Shown piece after piece: positions 1-9,600 of a DNA stretch of 28,574 nucleotides (its first letter is position 1; each line of letters begins with the position of its first letter). The position numbers were made by a program, and so were the translations under genes. The notes below the pieces were generated by a model. That model was not told the DNA's origin and searched no databases. It saw only the letters and a list, made by a program, of their open reading frames with translations. The stretch is from the IMG/VR virus record IMGVR_UViG_3300034356_003525, positions 1 through 28,574 of that record. One strand, written 5' to 3'. Source of the DNA: a virus (lineage: Duplodnaviria > Caudoviricetes).

Positions 1-1654
1 CAATTGAGTCTGGACGGTCAAAAGGGTTTTGTTGACCAGGTATCATTGCGAACACAAGCGTCCCAGATGTTATTTCGTCGTCTGGGTCAGAAATTCCATC
101 CTGTTCAAGCATCTGTTTGTTTGAGCCCCAGTAAATTTTTAGAGGTATAAATGGAACATCTTCAAATTCTGCGTTGGGATTATGGTTATGTATTGCAATT
201 TTTTCAAGAATTTTTTCTACCAATTCTTCCATTTCCCTAAATTTTGTATTACTTAGTGGCTCTTCAAGCTGTTCTTCTAGCGCTTCTTTTCTTGCTTTTT
301 TTAGTTCGGAGTCAGAAAGCCCACCACGCAGCAGTCTCTGCACAACACTTGGACTGTATCCAAGCAAATCTTGTTCAAACTGATTAAGGAGTCTGAATCC
401 TCCAGCCCCATCTGGGACGGCCTGTTGCTCAAGAACACCGTTAATCATTACTGGGGATGCTTTTTCAAAATAATTTGCATCTAATCTGATTTCTGGTTTG
501 CCATCTTTTTTACGTCTTGCATTTACTCTGTCTTCAAGGTCCAAATTTGACCGATATAAAATTTCTAACGCTTTTTGAATTCCGGTTCCGGGCCATGATT
601 TTACGATATTCCTAATATAAGATTCTGGTTTTACAACTTTTTCTTTTTTGCGCGCCTGTCTTTCTTTACCTTCATTACGGGGTAATATTCTTGTTGTATT
701 GCTAACAATTGGCAGAAACATCCTTCCAACTGGAGAATCATCTGGTGAATCTATTCCTGATGCAATAAGAGAACCGTTATCGTCATATAAGCTAAGAGTA
801 CGTTTGTCGTACCTTAGTGGTCTGATGTTGCTTGCCATTGAGCTAATAGCTTCTGACAACTTTCTAACTTTTGGAACATTTGGAATTTTGTCGTTGTTTA
901 TCTTTGCGGTAGCAGAACCGACTGAGCCATCTGGGCCATCTGGGGAACCCGGTATGTCGCAACCTATTCCAAAAATATTCGTAAATCTATTTGCTCCGGG
1001 ATTTCCTGGACCACACCTTAATTTGTTTTTTCCGTCAAGGTAAAGCCCTCTTGCGTTTGCAGCAATACTCAAAAGAGATTGGCTAAAATCGTTGAGCGAA
1101 CGTCCAAGTAGTCCTTTTTCGGATTCATTTTTTACTGGGCGCGGATACTGCAATCTAAATTTGTCGGTTGGTAGCGGTAGATATTTGATTATGTCGTCTA
1201 ATTCCGTAAACCTCATATCATCAATTGGGTCCCCGCCACCGTAGTTGTGGCACATCTTCATGGATAGACCAGGCGGCATCATCGGCAAGTCATCGCCTGG
1301 TTTCCACTTCTTTGCCCACTTGAAGAATTCAGACTCTGGATATTCGGGAGTTTCTTTTTTGGGTTTTGATGCTTTGAAATTTATTTGCTCGTTGGGCTGT
1401 TTCCACCAGTCGTCAAGGCTTTTACCCCTATAAGAGGTAATTGCATTTGTTGCCCACTCTGAGTTATGTCCACCAAATTCGGTAATAGAAACAGATTTTA
1501 ATTGAATTTCGTCGGATGCTTCAGCTTTTCTAAAAATATCAGTAGTCGAGTTATAGACAAAACGGTCTCCACCTGGTGTTTGGTACATGAATGAGTTGCC
1601 ATTCTTTGCAACAATTCTTGCATTTAGTGGAATGTTCTGGCTTTTATCGCCCAT
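1..1654 (-). CDS. Large hypothetical head-operon protein, truncated by the window edge (at least 551 codons)
   Basis: Not in the ORF track. Hand translation from ATG at 1654 (MGDKSQNIPLNARIVAKNG...) stays open to position 1. Contains LRCGPGNPGANRFTNIFGIGC and one SPVGRM motif (719-736). TATAAT on the minus strand at 1702-1707. Confidence 0.9.
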   Translation of the reverse strand, partial: MGDKSQNIPLNARIVAKNGNSFMYQTPGGDRFVYNSTTDIFRKAEASDEIQLKSVSITEFGGHNSEWATNAITSYRGKSLDDWWKQPNEQINFKASKPKKETPEYPESEFFKWAKKWKPGDDLPMMPPGLSMKMCHNYGGGDPIDDMRFTELDDIIKYLPLPTDKFRLQYPRPVKNESEKGLLGRSLNDFSQSLLSIAANARGLYLDGKNKLRCGPGNPGANRFTNIFGIGCDIPGSPDGPDGSVGSATAKINNDKIPNVPKVRKLSEAISSMASNIRPLRYDKRTLSLYDDNGSLIASGIDSPDDSPVGRMFLPIVSNTTRILPRNEGKERQARKKEKVVKPESYIRNIVKSWPGTGIQKALEILYRSNLDLEDRVNARRKKDGKPEIRLDANYFEKASPVMINGVLEQQAVPDGAGGFRLLNQFEQDLLGYSPSVVQRLLRGGLSDSELKKARKEALEEQLEEPLSNTKFREMEELVEKILEKIAIHNHNPNAEFEDVPFIPLKIYWGSNKQMLEQDGISDPDDEITSGTLVFAMIPGQQNPFDRPDSI

Positions 1655-1725
1655 GGTGGGTCTTTCTTTAATCTTTGCGATTGCGGGTTATTTGTATGTA
1701 AATTATAGACTTATTATCATAATTA

Positions 1726-4329
1726 TTACGAAGGAGACTTTTCGTAGCCGTCAATAATTGAACCGATTCTTGATGTTAGTTTTTCTCCTGTTGTTGACCA
1801 GCTGTAGGTTTTGTCGTTTTTGAAATCTGTATACACATACCCAAATGGGTTTGAGCGAACACTTGGGTCGTCAATGTTTTTGTCAACCTCGAGCGTTTTC
1901 ATTACAAGGTCGTACCCAGCAGCACGTATTTTTTTCCTTGTTTTTTCTGAACTTTCAGCAATGTTCTCTGATAGGAGTTTTAGCATTTTTATAGCATTTT
2001 CTCTGCTTAATGATTTTTTGTTTGATAAATACCCATTATTTATTAATCCCAAATCGTTTGCCATGAAGGCAAACCCAAACCAGTCTCTCATCTCGGTATC
2101 GGTCATTGGGCCTTCTGGAATACCGTCTGAGCCATCACTCAGAACACCAGATTCAAGAAGTGAGTTAACTCTGTGGACTGGGTTTGAAAGTGACCCTTTT
2201 CCTCCAGAAATTTGCTCCCACAATGGAACTCCTGTGGTTTCCGATGAATACCCATAAGCCGTATTCGGTGATGGCTCGGTAGACATTGAACCAACCGGGC
2301 CAGATTGAGGCAATGGAGCAACACCAGTTTTTGATTTTGAGCCACTGAAGGAAACTTGCCTTTCTTCTAGCAGCTTAAAGAAATTTTTTGAGTCTTTATA
2401 GTTCGGGGCGACTGGCGCATTGTCCGAATCTGTACCCAACCTATTAGTCATTTGCTCAGCAACCGACTCTCGTTCGTCTTGCGAGATTGACCAAAGTAGC
2501 GGTGGATTTTTGCCTATTTCAATCTTCCAGCCATCCATGGTTGATGTTATTTTTATGCCGTTATTTTTTTCAATTTGAGCAGTTGAATCCCGAAAGTAGC
2601 TGTCAAAATTTCCATAATTTATTGCTTCTTCGTCTACGCCATTTTTGCCCATGAAGTAGATGCCGGCCCTTCGTATATCAAATGCTCTATATTGCTCTCT
2701 TGCTGGGTTTTTACTCTCACCCTGCAAGAGCGAAAAGATGTATTCTGCTGGCATTTTGCCCAATAGCCCGTAACCGGTTTTTTCTAATAGTTCATTTTTT
2801 TTAAAGTTTTCACCAATTTGATTTTCAATTAATGGCTGTATGTCGTTTGCCATCAACCAAAAATCAAACCAGTCAACTGTTTCCCCTTCTGCAAAGTTAC
2901 TTAGCTCAAACACATCTCCACCCTGGTTGTCTGGCAAAGAATATTTATCTATTTTGTTTCCTTGTGGTTTTGATGAAATCCATGAATGAAGTGGATTTGC
3001 GGAAATCAAAGTTTTAAATTTTTTTCTTTGTTTTACAACACCGTTCTCGGTTTGGGTATTTACGAGTTGGCTCAAAGACGACATATTCCCTATCGGTCCA
3101 TTTTTTTCTTGTATTTCGTACTTGGGTTGCTTTGTGTTGTTCATGTCTCCTGGGTTATCCCAGTAGTCATTGTGGTTAAACCTAACCCCTCCGTCTGCCA
3201 ATGATTGTTGCAGAAGAAGTAGCGATTCAAACTCTTTCTTCAGCCCAAGAATCTGGGCGGAACGTGTCATTTTCCATATCCTAGTTGGGTAGGCAAGCCA
3301 TGGGTCTTGTCCTGCATCCCAATTCATATCGTCAACATATGTTGACGTTTCGACATCCCACCCAAAAGCAAGTGCGTTTATTTTTATTGCTTCTGCAACA
3401 TTTTTTAAAAATTTTCTGTTTCTTTTTAGCCTCTTTAATGGCTTGCCTGCAATATTGTATTTTTCCCCATAGGCAATACTTCCTCTGTCAATTGGAAACA
3501 ACCACCAGTCGTAGTGGTCGTTATGTATTTTATTCCATCGAGAGGAGTCTGCTAACTGTCTATGTTTTGCGAGCTCAAGGGCTTGATGCGTTACTATGAA
3601 TCTGTCACCGCCATAAGGCGTTGTGTTTATATATCTTGCCCTTGGAATTGTGCTTTTTGGCAACATTGAAGATGGACTTCTGTATCCGGAAAGAACATCG
3701 GACTGCGGCTCAAATTCCCCATAGCTATCCATTGTTTCGTAAAAGTTTGGTGGGGGAAATTCGTAGGACTCCTCAAAGTCTGGGTCTAGCCCAGCGTCTG
3801 CAAGGTATGCACGCCAAGCGTCGTTGTAGTCAATTTCAAGTTCTTCGTCTTCTAGTTCCGTCAGGCTGCCATCAGCTTCGGATAGCCAAATTTTTTTATC
3901 AAATTCTTCTTCGTCTTCTTCCTCTTCCATCAATCTTTCGTCAAATTCAAGTTCCATTTTGTTGTAATCAATTTGTGTAAAAAGAGATGGATTGGATGGC
4001 TCGTCTATCTCAAACTCGGAATCGGAAACCGGTTCGTCTTTTGAAACTGCGCGATTAACAAAATCTCGAGCTTTTCTTCTTTTTGACCTGTTATTTTCAA
4101 CCCGCCCAACAGGGCCGCCGGGCGTTGGGTCAATTACTCCACGTCCACGATTAACGAAAGGAACACCCTCAAGTACATATGGGTCGTTATCTGCGTTTCT
4201 TGCGGTTCTTGGGTCAAGATTTCTACCAGAAGAACCTATGGGCATGCCAATAGCTTTAACACCTAAGTTGGCGTTAGTTTTTCTATTTGTTCTGTTGCCA
4301 GGTTTTCTAACTTCAGTTGGTTCGGCCAT
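1726..4329 (-). CDS. 867-aa modular protein: NADND tag, acidic linker, OGFr-N/DUF1810-like domain, two diverged repeat units
   Basis: Long ORF in the head operon. HYDWWLFP (3493-3516) and later TRIWKMTRSAQILG resemble the H..QWLFP / RITRILKSL..LG pattern of the OGFr N-terminal family. GPIGNM and GPVGSM motifs precede the two repeat units. Confidence 0.85.
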   Translation of the reverse strand: MAEPTEVRKPGNRTNRKTNANLGVKAIGMPIGSSGRNLDPRTARNADNDPYVLEGVPFVNRGRGVIDPTPGGPVGRVENNRSKRRKARDFVNRAVSKDEPVSDSEFEIDEPSNPSLFTQIDYNKMELEFDERLMEEEEDEEEFDKKIWLSEADGSLTELEDEELEIDYNDAWRAYLADAGLDPDFEESYEFPPPNFYETMDSYGEFEPQSDVLSGYRSPSSMLPKSTIPRARYINTTPYGGDRFIVTHQALELAKHRQLADSSRWNKIHNDHYDWWLFPIDRGSIAYGEKYNIAGKPLKRLKRNRKFLKNVAEAIKINALAFGWDVETSTYVDDMNWDAGQDPWLAYPTRIWKMTRSAQILGLKKEFESLLLLQQSLADGGVRFNHNDYWDNPGDMNNTKQPKYEIQEKNGPIGNMSSLSQLVNTQTENGVVKQRKKFKTLISANPLHSWISSKPQGNKIDKYSLPDNQGGDVFELSNFAEGETVDWFDFWLMANDIQPLIENQIGENFKKNELLEKTGYGLLGKMPAEYIFSLLQGESKNPAREQYRAFDIRRAGIYFMGKNGVDEEAINYGNFDSYFRDSTAQIEKNNGIKITSTMDGWKIEIGKNPPLLWSISQDERESVAEQMTNRLGTDSDNAPVAPNYKDSKNFFKLLEERQVSFSGSKSKTGVAPLPQSGPVGSMSTEPSPNTAYGYSSETTGVPLWEQISGGKGSLSNPVHRVNSLLESGVLSDGSDGIPEGPMTDTEMRDWFGFAFMANDLGLINNGYLSNKKSLSRENAIKMLKLLSENIAESSEKTRKKIRAAGYDLVMKTLEVDKNIDDPSVRSNPFGYVYTDFKNDKTYSWSTTGEKLTSRIGSIIDGYEKSPS

Positions 4330-4343
4330 GCCGTACCGCCGAA

Positions 4344-5906
4344 CTAGTTGAGCTCTGTTTGAGGCTTTGATTCGTCTTGGCTGTTGGAAAAACCTTCTTC
4401 AGCCGCAATCATTTCAAACTCAAGGAGCGTTGAAAGGAAATTATCTGCTGCAGACTTTTCTCCAGTTTCAAATCTCTTTTTTGTTTCTTCGTCAACCCAG
4501 CCATCCGGAATGATGTTTTCAAGACCCAGCGCCATTGCTCTTTTCATGATGTGCATCTTTGCAACATCACTCTTTGAGCGCTCCCATGCCATTATTGCAT
4601 TTCTTAGGTCCATCTCATTGGCGATTGGGAATTTGCCATCTTCCATTGCTTCTCCAGATTCGGACATTTCTTTTTTCTGGATGTCGCTATAGGAGCGCTT
4701 GAGTGCAATTTCTGCAGCTTCTGCCTCAATTGCAAGTGCTTCATCTTGGGTGTATTCGTCATACCCGAGAACGTCGCCATCAAGTGAAACAAAAACATCG
4801 TAAGACTTGCCGTCTATACCTTCAATCTCTACTGCGTATGCATCAAAGCCTTCAAAAATGTCTGCCTCAACAGCAACAACATCACCCTGAATACTCTTTG
4901 TCGCAATTCCAGCAGCTTCGCTGAAGGATATTAGGTTTGTTGGCTGGAAACCAGATTTTACCTGAAGAACTTCCTCGTTCAGCATGTGCCATCCCATTAC
5001 CTCACCAGTTGAGCCATCAAAGAATATCTCAATTGGCTTTCCGTCTTTTCTTTCGACATCAACCACAAACATGTCCGCTGCATCAGAATACCCAGAATCA
5101 AGTACCTTACCGCTGAACATATCTTCTGCTCTTCCTTCAATTTCCAGGAGAGCCGGCATGTCGCCTTCCTTTACACAACCGCCTGGGCAGTTGTCACAAA
5201 GACCAGATGCACCCGGATAGACCTTGCGCTCAATTGCGCAGACGAATACATCAGAGCCAAAGTCTTCGGACTTGTAGCCCATGCTTCTTAGTCTTCTGTC
5301 TTCCATCATTTGACGATTTGGAATTTCATCCTCCATATCGTCTTCTTCCATCTCTTCTTCCATTACTGGAGCCATCTGTCTTTTTCTTTTTGGAGCAGAA
5401 CTCATGGCGAGCATCTCGTCCATGTCGTCTTCCATATCGTCTTCGTCTTCGTACTCTTCTTCGTCTTCGTCTTCATCCATCATGGGGGCGGTCATACCCA
5501 TGCCTTTTTTCTTCTTTGACATTGCGTTCATCATCTTGATGTCGTCTTCGTCCATGGCCATGTCCATGTCCATGTCCTCTTCGTCCTCTTCTTCGTCGTC
5601 ATCATCTTCTTGAACATCGTGGTCTTCGTCTTGATAGACATCACCATAAGCCCTCATGGCGGCTTTCTCTTCTGTCATTTCCATCATCGGCTTCTTTTTC
5701 TTTTTTGGCATTGGGACAGGCATGTCTTCATCCATTTCAACAGATGCGTCGTCATACATTTTCATAGAAACAGCCATAGCTCCGCACTTCCCACAAACTT
5801 TGTCTCCTGTTTTGTACCCACACTCAGAAGAATCAAGACCTTTTGCGCACTGAACAATTTCTCCGTCAGCATCAATTTTCAACATAGGACCGTCAGTCAT
5901 TGCCAT
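4344..5906 (-). CDS. 520-aa probable head-internal protein: Cys clusters, Met/Asp/Glu-rich region, two PepSY-like domains, DUF6582-like domain
   Basis: AAGGAG upstream of the ATG. ISFSEAAGIA...GDVVAVE...AYAVEIEGIDGKSYDVFVSLDGDVL is a typical PepSY pattern, with a second copy upstream. AMEDGKFPIANEMDLRNAI...HIMKRAMALG matches the DUF6582-type pattern. Confidence 0.85.
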   Translation of the reverse strand: MAMTDGPMLKIDADGEIVQCAKGLDSSECGYKTGDKVCGKCGAMAVSMKMYDDASVEMDEDMPVPMPKKKKKPMMEMTEEKAAMRAYGDVYQDEDHDVQEDDDDEEEDEEDMDMDMAMDEDDIKMMNAMSKKKKGMGMTAPMMDEDEDEEEYEDEDDMEDDMDEMLAMSSAPKRKRQMAPVMEEEMEEDDMEDEIPNRQMMEDRRLRSMGYKSEDFGSDVFVCAIERKVYPGASGLCDNCPGGCVKEGDMPALLEIEGRAEDMFSGKVLDSGYSDAADMFVVDVERKDGKPIEIFFDGSTGEVMGWHMLNEEVLQVKSGFQPTNLISFSEAAGIATKSIQGDVVAVEADIFEGFDAYAVEIEGIDGKSYDVFVSLDGDVLGYDEYTQDEALAIEAEAAEIALKRSYSDIQKKEMSESGEAMEDGKFPIANEMDLRNAIMAWERSKSDVAKMHIMKRAMALGLENIIPDGWVDEETKKRFETGEKSAADNFLSTLLEFEMIAAEEGFSNSQDESKPQTELN

Positions 5907-5907
5907 T

Positions 5908-6099
5908 TTATTGCTCCTTGTATTGCATGGTCGTCGAAAGACAACCCTTTGGGTTCATGCATCCACCGCATGGAAACTGACGCTTTTCGCCAGCAACAAT
6001 GCACCGATACTTTGCCTTAGAACTGTTTTCTTTAGTACGTTTAGCATAACCCATAACAGGGTTCTTGCGGTTGTACCTACTTTTTCTTTCTGTATTCAT
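5908..6099 (-). CDS. 63-aa Cys-cluster protein
   Basis: Fills the gap between flanking same-strand genes almost exactly. YRC-x10-CGGCMNPKGC resembles the FVC...CDNCPGGC cluster of the next gene. Confidence 0.7.
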   Translation of the reverse strand: MNTERKSRYNRKNPVMGYAKRTKENSSKAKYRCIVAGEKRQFPCGGCMNPKGCLSTTMQYKEQ

Positions 6100-6103
6100 A
6101 AAA

Positions 6104-6604
6104 CTATTTACTTCTGTTTTTCCATTTTTCGGGAATCATGTCTTGCCGCCCCAAAGATACGGCCCTCTTGATTATGTGTTTTTTTGCTCTGGCTTTATTT
6201 TTTGCTCGACCAAAAGCATAAATTGCATTTTCCAAATCCGATTCATTCTCAATTGGATAAGAGCCATCGGGAAGAGCCATTCCGCTTCTTGCTAGTTTGT
6301 CTCGTGATTCTTCACTGAATAGTCTTTTCTTGTTCAACCCAGAGAGCTCCGATAATCTCTTTACAAGCTCATCAATTAGTAATGGACCCATTGACTTTGC
6401 GTCAACAAGTACTACCCCTTTTTCATTTGCCAAGGACTCAAATCCATATCTTTTTAGAACTTGGTCAACTTCGGTTTTTAGGTAGAATATTTCAGAGAGT
6501 TCGGTTTCAATAGTAATTTCTTCTGCAAGCGTCTCGTCAATAGATTCAAGACTTTTTATTGAAGTTTGGTATATGTTCGATTGAGCCGAAGTATATATTT
6601 TCAT
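6104..6604 (-). CDS. 166-aa protein with C-terminal DUF6582-like domain
   Basis: ALPDGSYPIENESDLENAIYAFGRAKNKARAKKHIIKRAVSLG is clearly paralogous to the C-terminal domain of 4344-5906. Confidence 0.85.
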   Translation of the reverse strand: MKIYTSAQSNIYQTSIKSLESIDETLAEEITIETELSEIFYLKTEVDQVLKRYGFESLANEKGVVLVDAKSMGPLLIDELVKRLSELSGLNKKRLFSEESRDKLARSGMALPDGSYPIENESDLENAIYAFGRAKNKARAKKHIIKRAVSLGRQDMIPEKWKNRSK

Positions 6605-6610
6605 CTTAAA

Positions 6611-9600
6611 CTAATCCCTGTCTCGCGGAACGGTGATTCCGGGTATGTTGTATCTTGGAAAATTAGAAGAGTTGAGCATTGTCTGGTCTTCAAGGGATGC
6701 ACCGCTTCTCAATCTGTCCATTTCGTCAAATTGCAGAACACCATCAACATCTCTCTTTTCCAACATTTGTTTTCTGAGTTGCAAGTAGAACCATTTTCTG
6801 CGTTTTTGAAGTTTTGGAAGATATGACACAAGCTTTCTGACTTCGGCTTTTTTCTTATCCCGTTCATTTCCGGCGTGAGTTCTCATTTTTGCCAGATACT
6901 CAAGTCTTCCAATAATTGTGTCTAGGGCTGAGTCTGCGGCTGTCCATCCAGAGAAAAGCACATATTCGGTTGCATCTTCAGCGCCACCGTAAGGAAGCAT
7001 TGCGTCGCCATCCTCGTACGCATTTATGGCTGCTTCGGCATTACCCTTGGTTACTCGTGCGCCATTTCTTCTAACTGGGTCATTTGATGAGTACCTACTC
7101 CCAGGAATTTTTCTCATCCCGCCAGCTGGGCCATCGGAAAACGGAAGTTCTGGTTGTTCGTTTTCGTAGATGCCAGATTCAATAACTGGATTTTGTTCTG
7201 GCTCTTGTCTTTGTGGTGGGTTTTGTGAAGAAATCCGTGCTGGAGAAAATGGATTAAATGTTGTGTCGTTTCTGTCCATCCTCTTGGCGCCGTCAAGTGC
7301 CTCCAACCTGCTATCAAAAGAACGGCTTACCGGAGCGTTTCTGTTAGCCGTGTCTATTATGACCCATTTACCGTCTTCGGTTGGCTTGATGTCATAACGC
7401 TGCGGAACAAAACGTCTGCCCATTGAGCCAGCGGGACCACTCCCACCTTCTTCTGGGTTGTATGTAGGACTATTAAATAATTTGTTTAGTTCCTCAATCT
7501 CACGTGCTGTATCTATATCGGCGTCTGGCTCTGTTGTATTTTCCCCATCATAGAAATAGCCAGCGTATGGACCGCCAAGGTCTTCTATCTGCTCGATTGG
7601 GCGGTCGTTTCCATTCTCATCATAAAGTGTGTTCTTATTTCTTTCAGTTGCACTCTGGAACCAATCGTCAAATCCGTCCCCAAGTTCTTTTCTTTTTCTG
7701 GAAAGAAGTCTTTCAAATGTCTTGCGTCTGTCATTGACAATCATTCTCTCGGCTCGCTCAAATGGGGTCATTAGAGACGCCATTCGTGCTTCAGCTATTT
7801 CTCTGCCTTTTTGAGCGTAATCAACAACCTGATTTGCTGATATGTCCAAATCTCCAGCAACCGAAAGAATGTCATATGGCATTCCTTCAATATCACCGAA
7901 GTCTTCACCACTTATTTGCGAGTCAAATATTCTCTGATTTAGGTAATGATGAATATCAATGAGGTCGTCGTCTGTTGGATTATCCCAGTCTCTTTGTTCA
8001 ATTGTAGAGAATCTTTTTCCAATTTGTTCAGCAACAATCTTCCATTTGTCATCACCATAAACTTCGTACAGCCTTCTATCAACATGCTTACTGCCACTGA
8101 TGGGTACATTTGGCATTGAACCTGAGGACATTGAACCAACCGGTCCCTGCGGTGGGTTTTGCTGTATTTCTCTGATTGCAGATTTTGCATCCTCGGAATC
8201 AAAGTATCTTTTTTGAATTTCTCTACCGACAGATTTTAGTTCTTTCATTAATGCCGATTTGGCAGCCCTATCTTTGCGGTGCGGTCTTCCGTAGGAGCCG
8301 AAGAGTTTTTCCATTGCATCGTTCCATGCGTCAACCAGTTCGTCATCGGACATTTCTGATGCATTCTTACCGGACATGGCTCCAACAGGACCAGAATCGT
8401 CATAAGAAAAATTCATCTCCCTGTATGCATAGTCAATATTTTTAACTAATTCTCTTTGACTCATTTCGTCATCAAGGCGCATTTCAAGTTCGTTGTAATC
8501 AATTTCACCAGATTCTAATTGACTCGTAATTTCATCAATAGAATCAAATGAGCGTATTTCGTTGGCTCTTTCCCTGTCTACAACATTCAATCTTCTTCTT
8601 ATGTTTTGTTGACTTGTTGAATGTCTTTGTGCAAGCTGTGATATTGCCTGTCCTTCTGGAACAGAGGAGATAAGTTCTGTTAACTCATTATAAATCTGTA
8701 TGTTGTACAAATTGTCAATGTTTCTTTCTTCTGTGTTTCTTGGTCTTACATATCTGCCCATTTTCCCAAAAGGAGAGGAATTCATTTCTGGGTCAAAAGG
8801 AATGTTTCCAGAAATCTCGTATTCATTGTTTTTTAGTCTTGTAATAGAGGCGCCAAATTCGTCAATGTATGGACCGTTTGCAGTTTTGTTTATTCTCTCA
8901 AGTGCGGCGTACCTGTCAAGAACATCGTCCAGTTGTGAATCGTTCCTGTTGCTCGAGTTGGTTATTCTAGAAAGCAATCTCTTCGATTCAGCCATTCTTT
9001 GCGATTCTGGCATTGATGAGTATGTTGAATCATGCTTATTTGGTCTCCAGAAATCTGTTGGAGAATAGTTTGGAACACGTGAAGCATTCAATCCAAGCGC
9101 ACCAAATGGCCCAGTATCAAAACTATTTATTTGATTTTTTCTGCTCGCTCTAGCAAGTTTTTCTTTTGCCCTGTTGTAAGCTGCAATGTCCGAGGCGCTA
9201 GCAATCGCAAAGCCTCTCCTATCTGCACCTATCTTGCGGCTTAGGTCTTCTAGTAAGTATGGCAATGATGTAGGTATCGGCTCAGATGTTGACCTTACGG
9301 CAATCATGTATGGGTCAAATATTTTTCTTTGACCGTCCGATTTATCTGTTGCATGTAGAGATACATCCCCATTTGTGTTTTTGACAAACTTAACAAGTTC
9401 TACTGCATAGACCTTGTTCCCATATGGAAACTCTGCATCAATAACGTCCCTGTCAGCAGTAGCAAGCGTGCTCGCAATGGTTCCCTGGTTGTCGTCAAGC
9501 GAAATGAGTAGCGTTCTTTCCCTAGCACCTCGTCTCAGGGAAATCGTTTTAGCAACTACATCGGCAGTTGTTCTTTGCCTTTCAGTCTGTCTTTCCCTTG

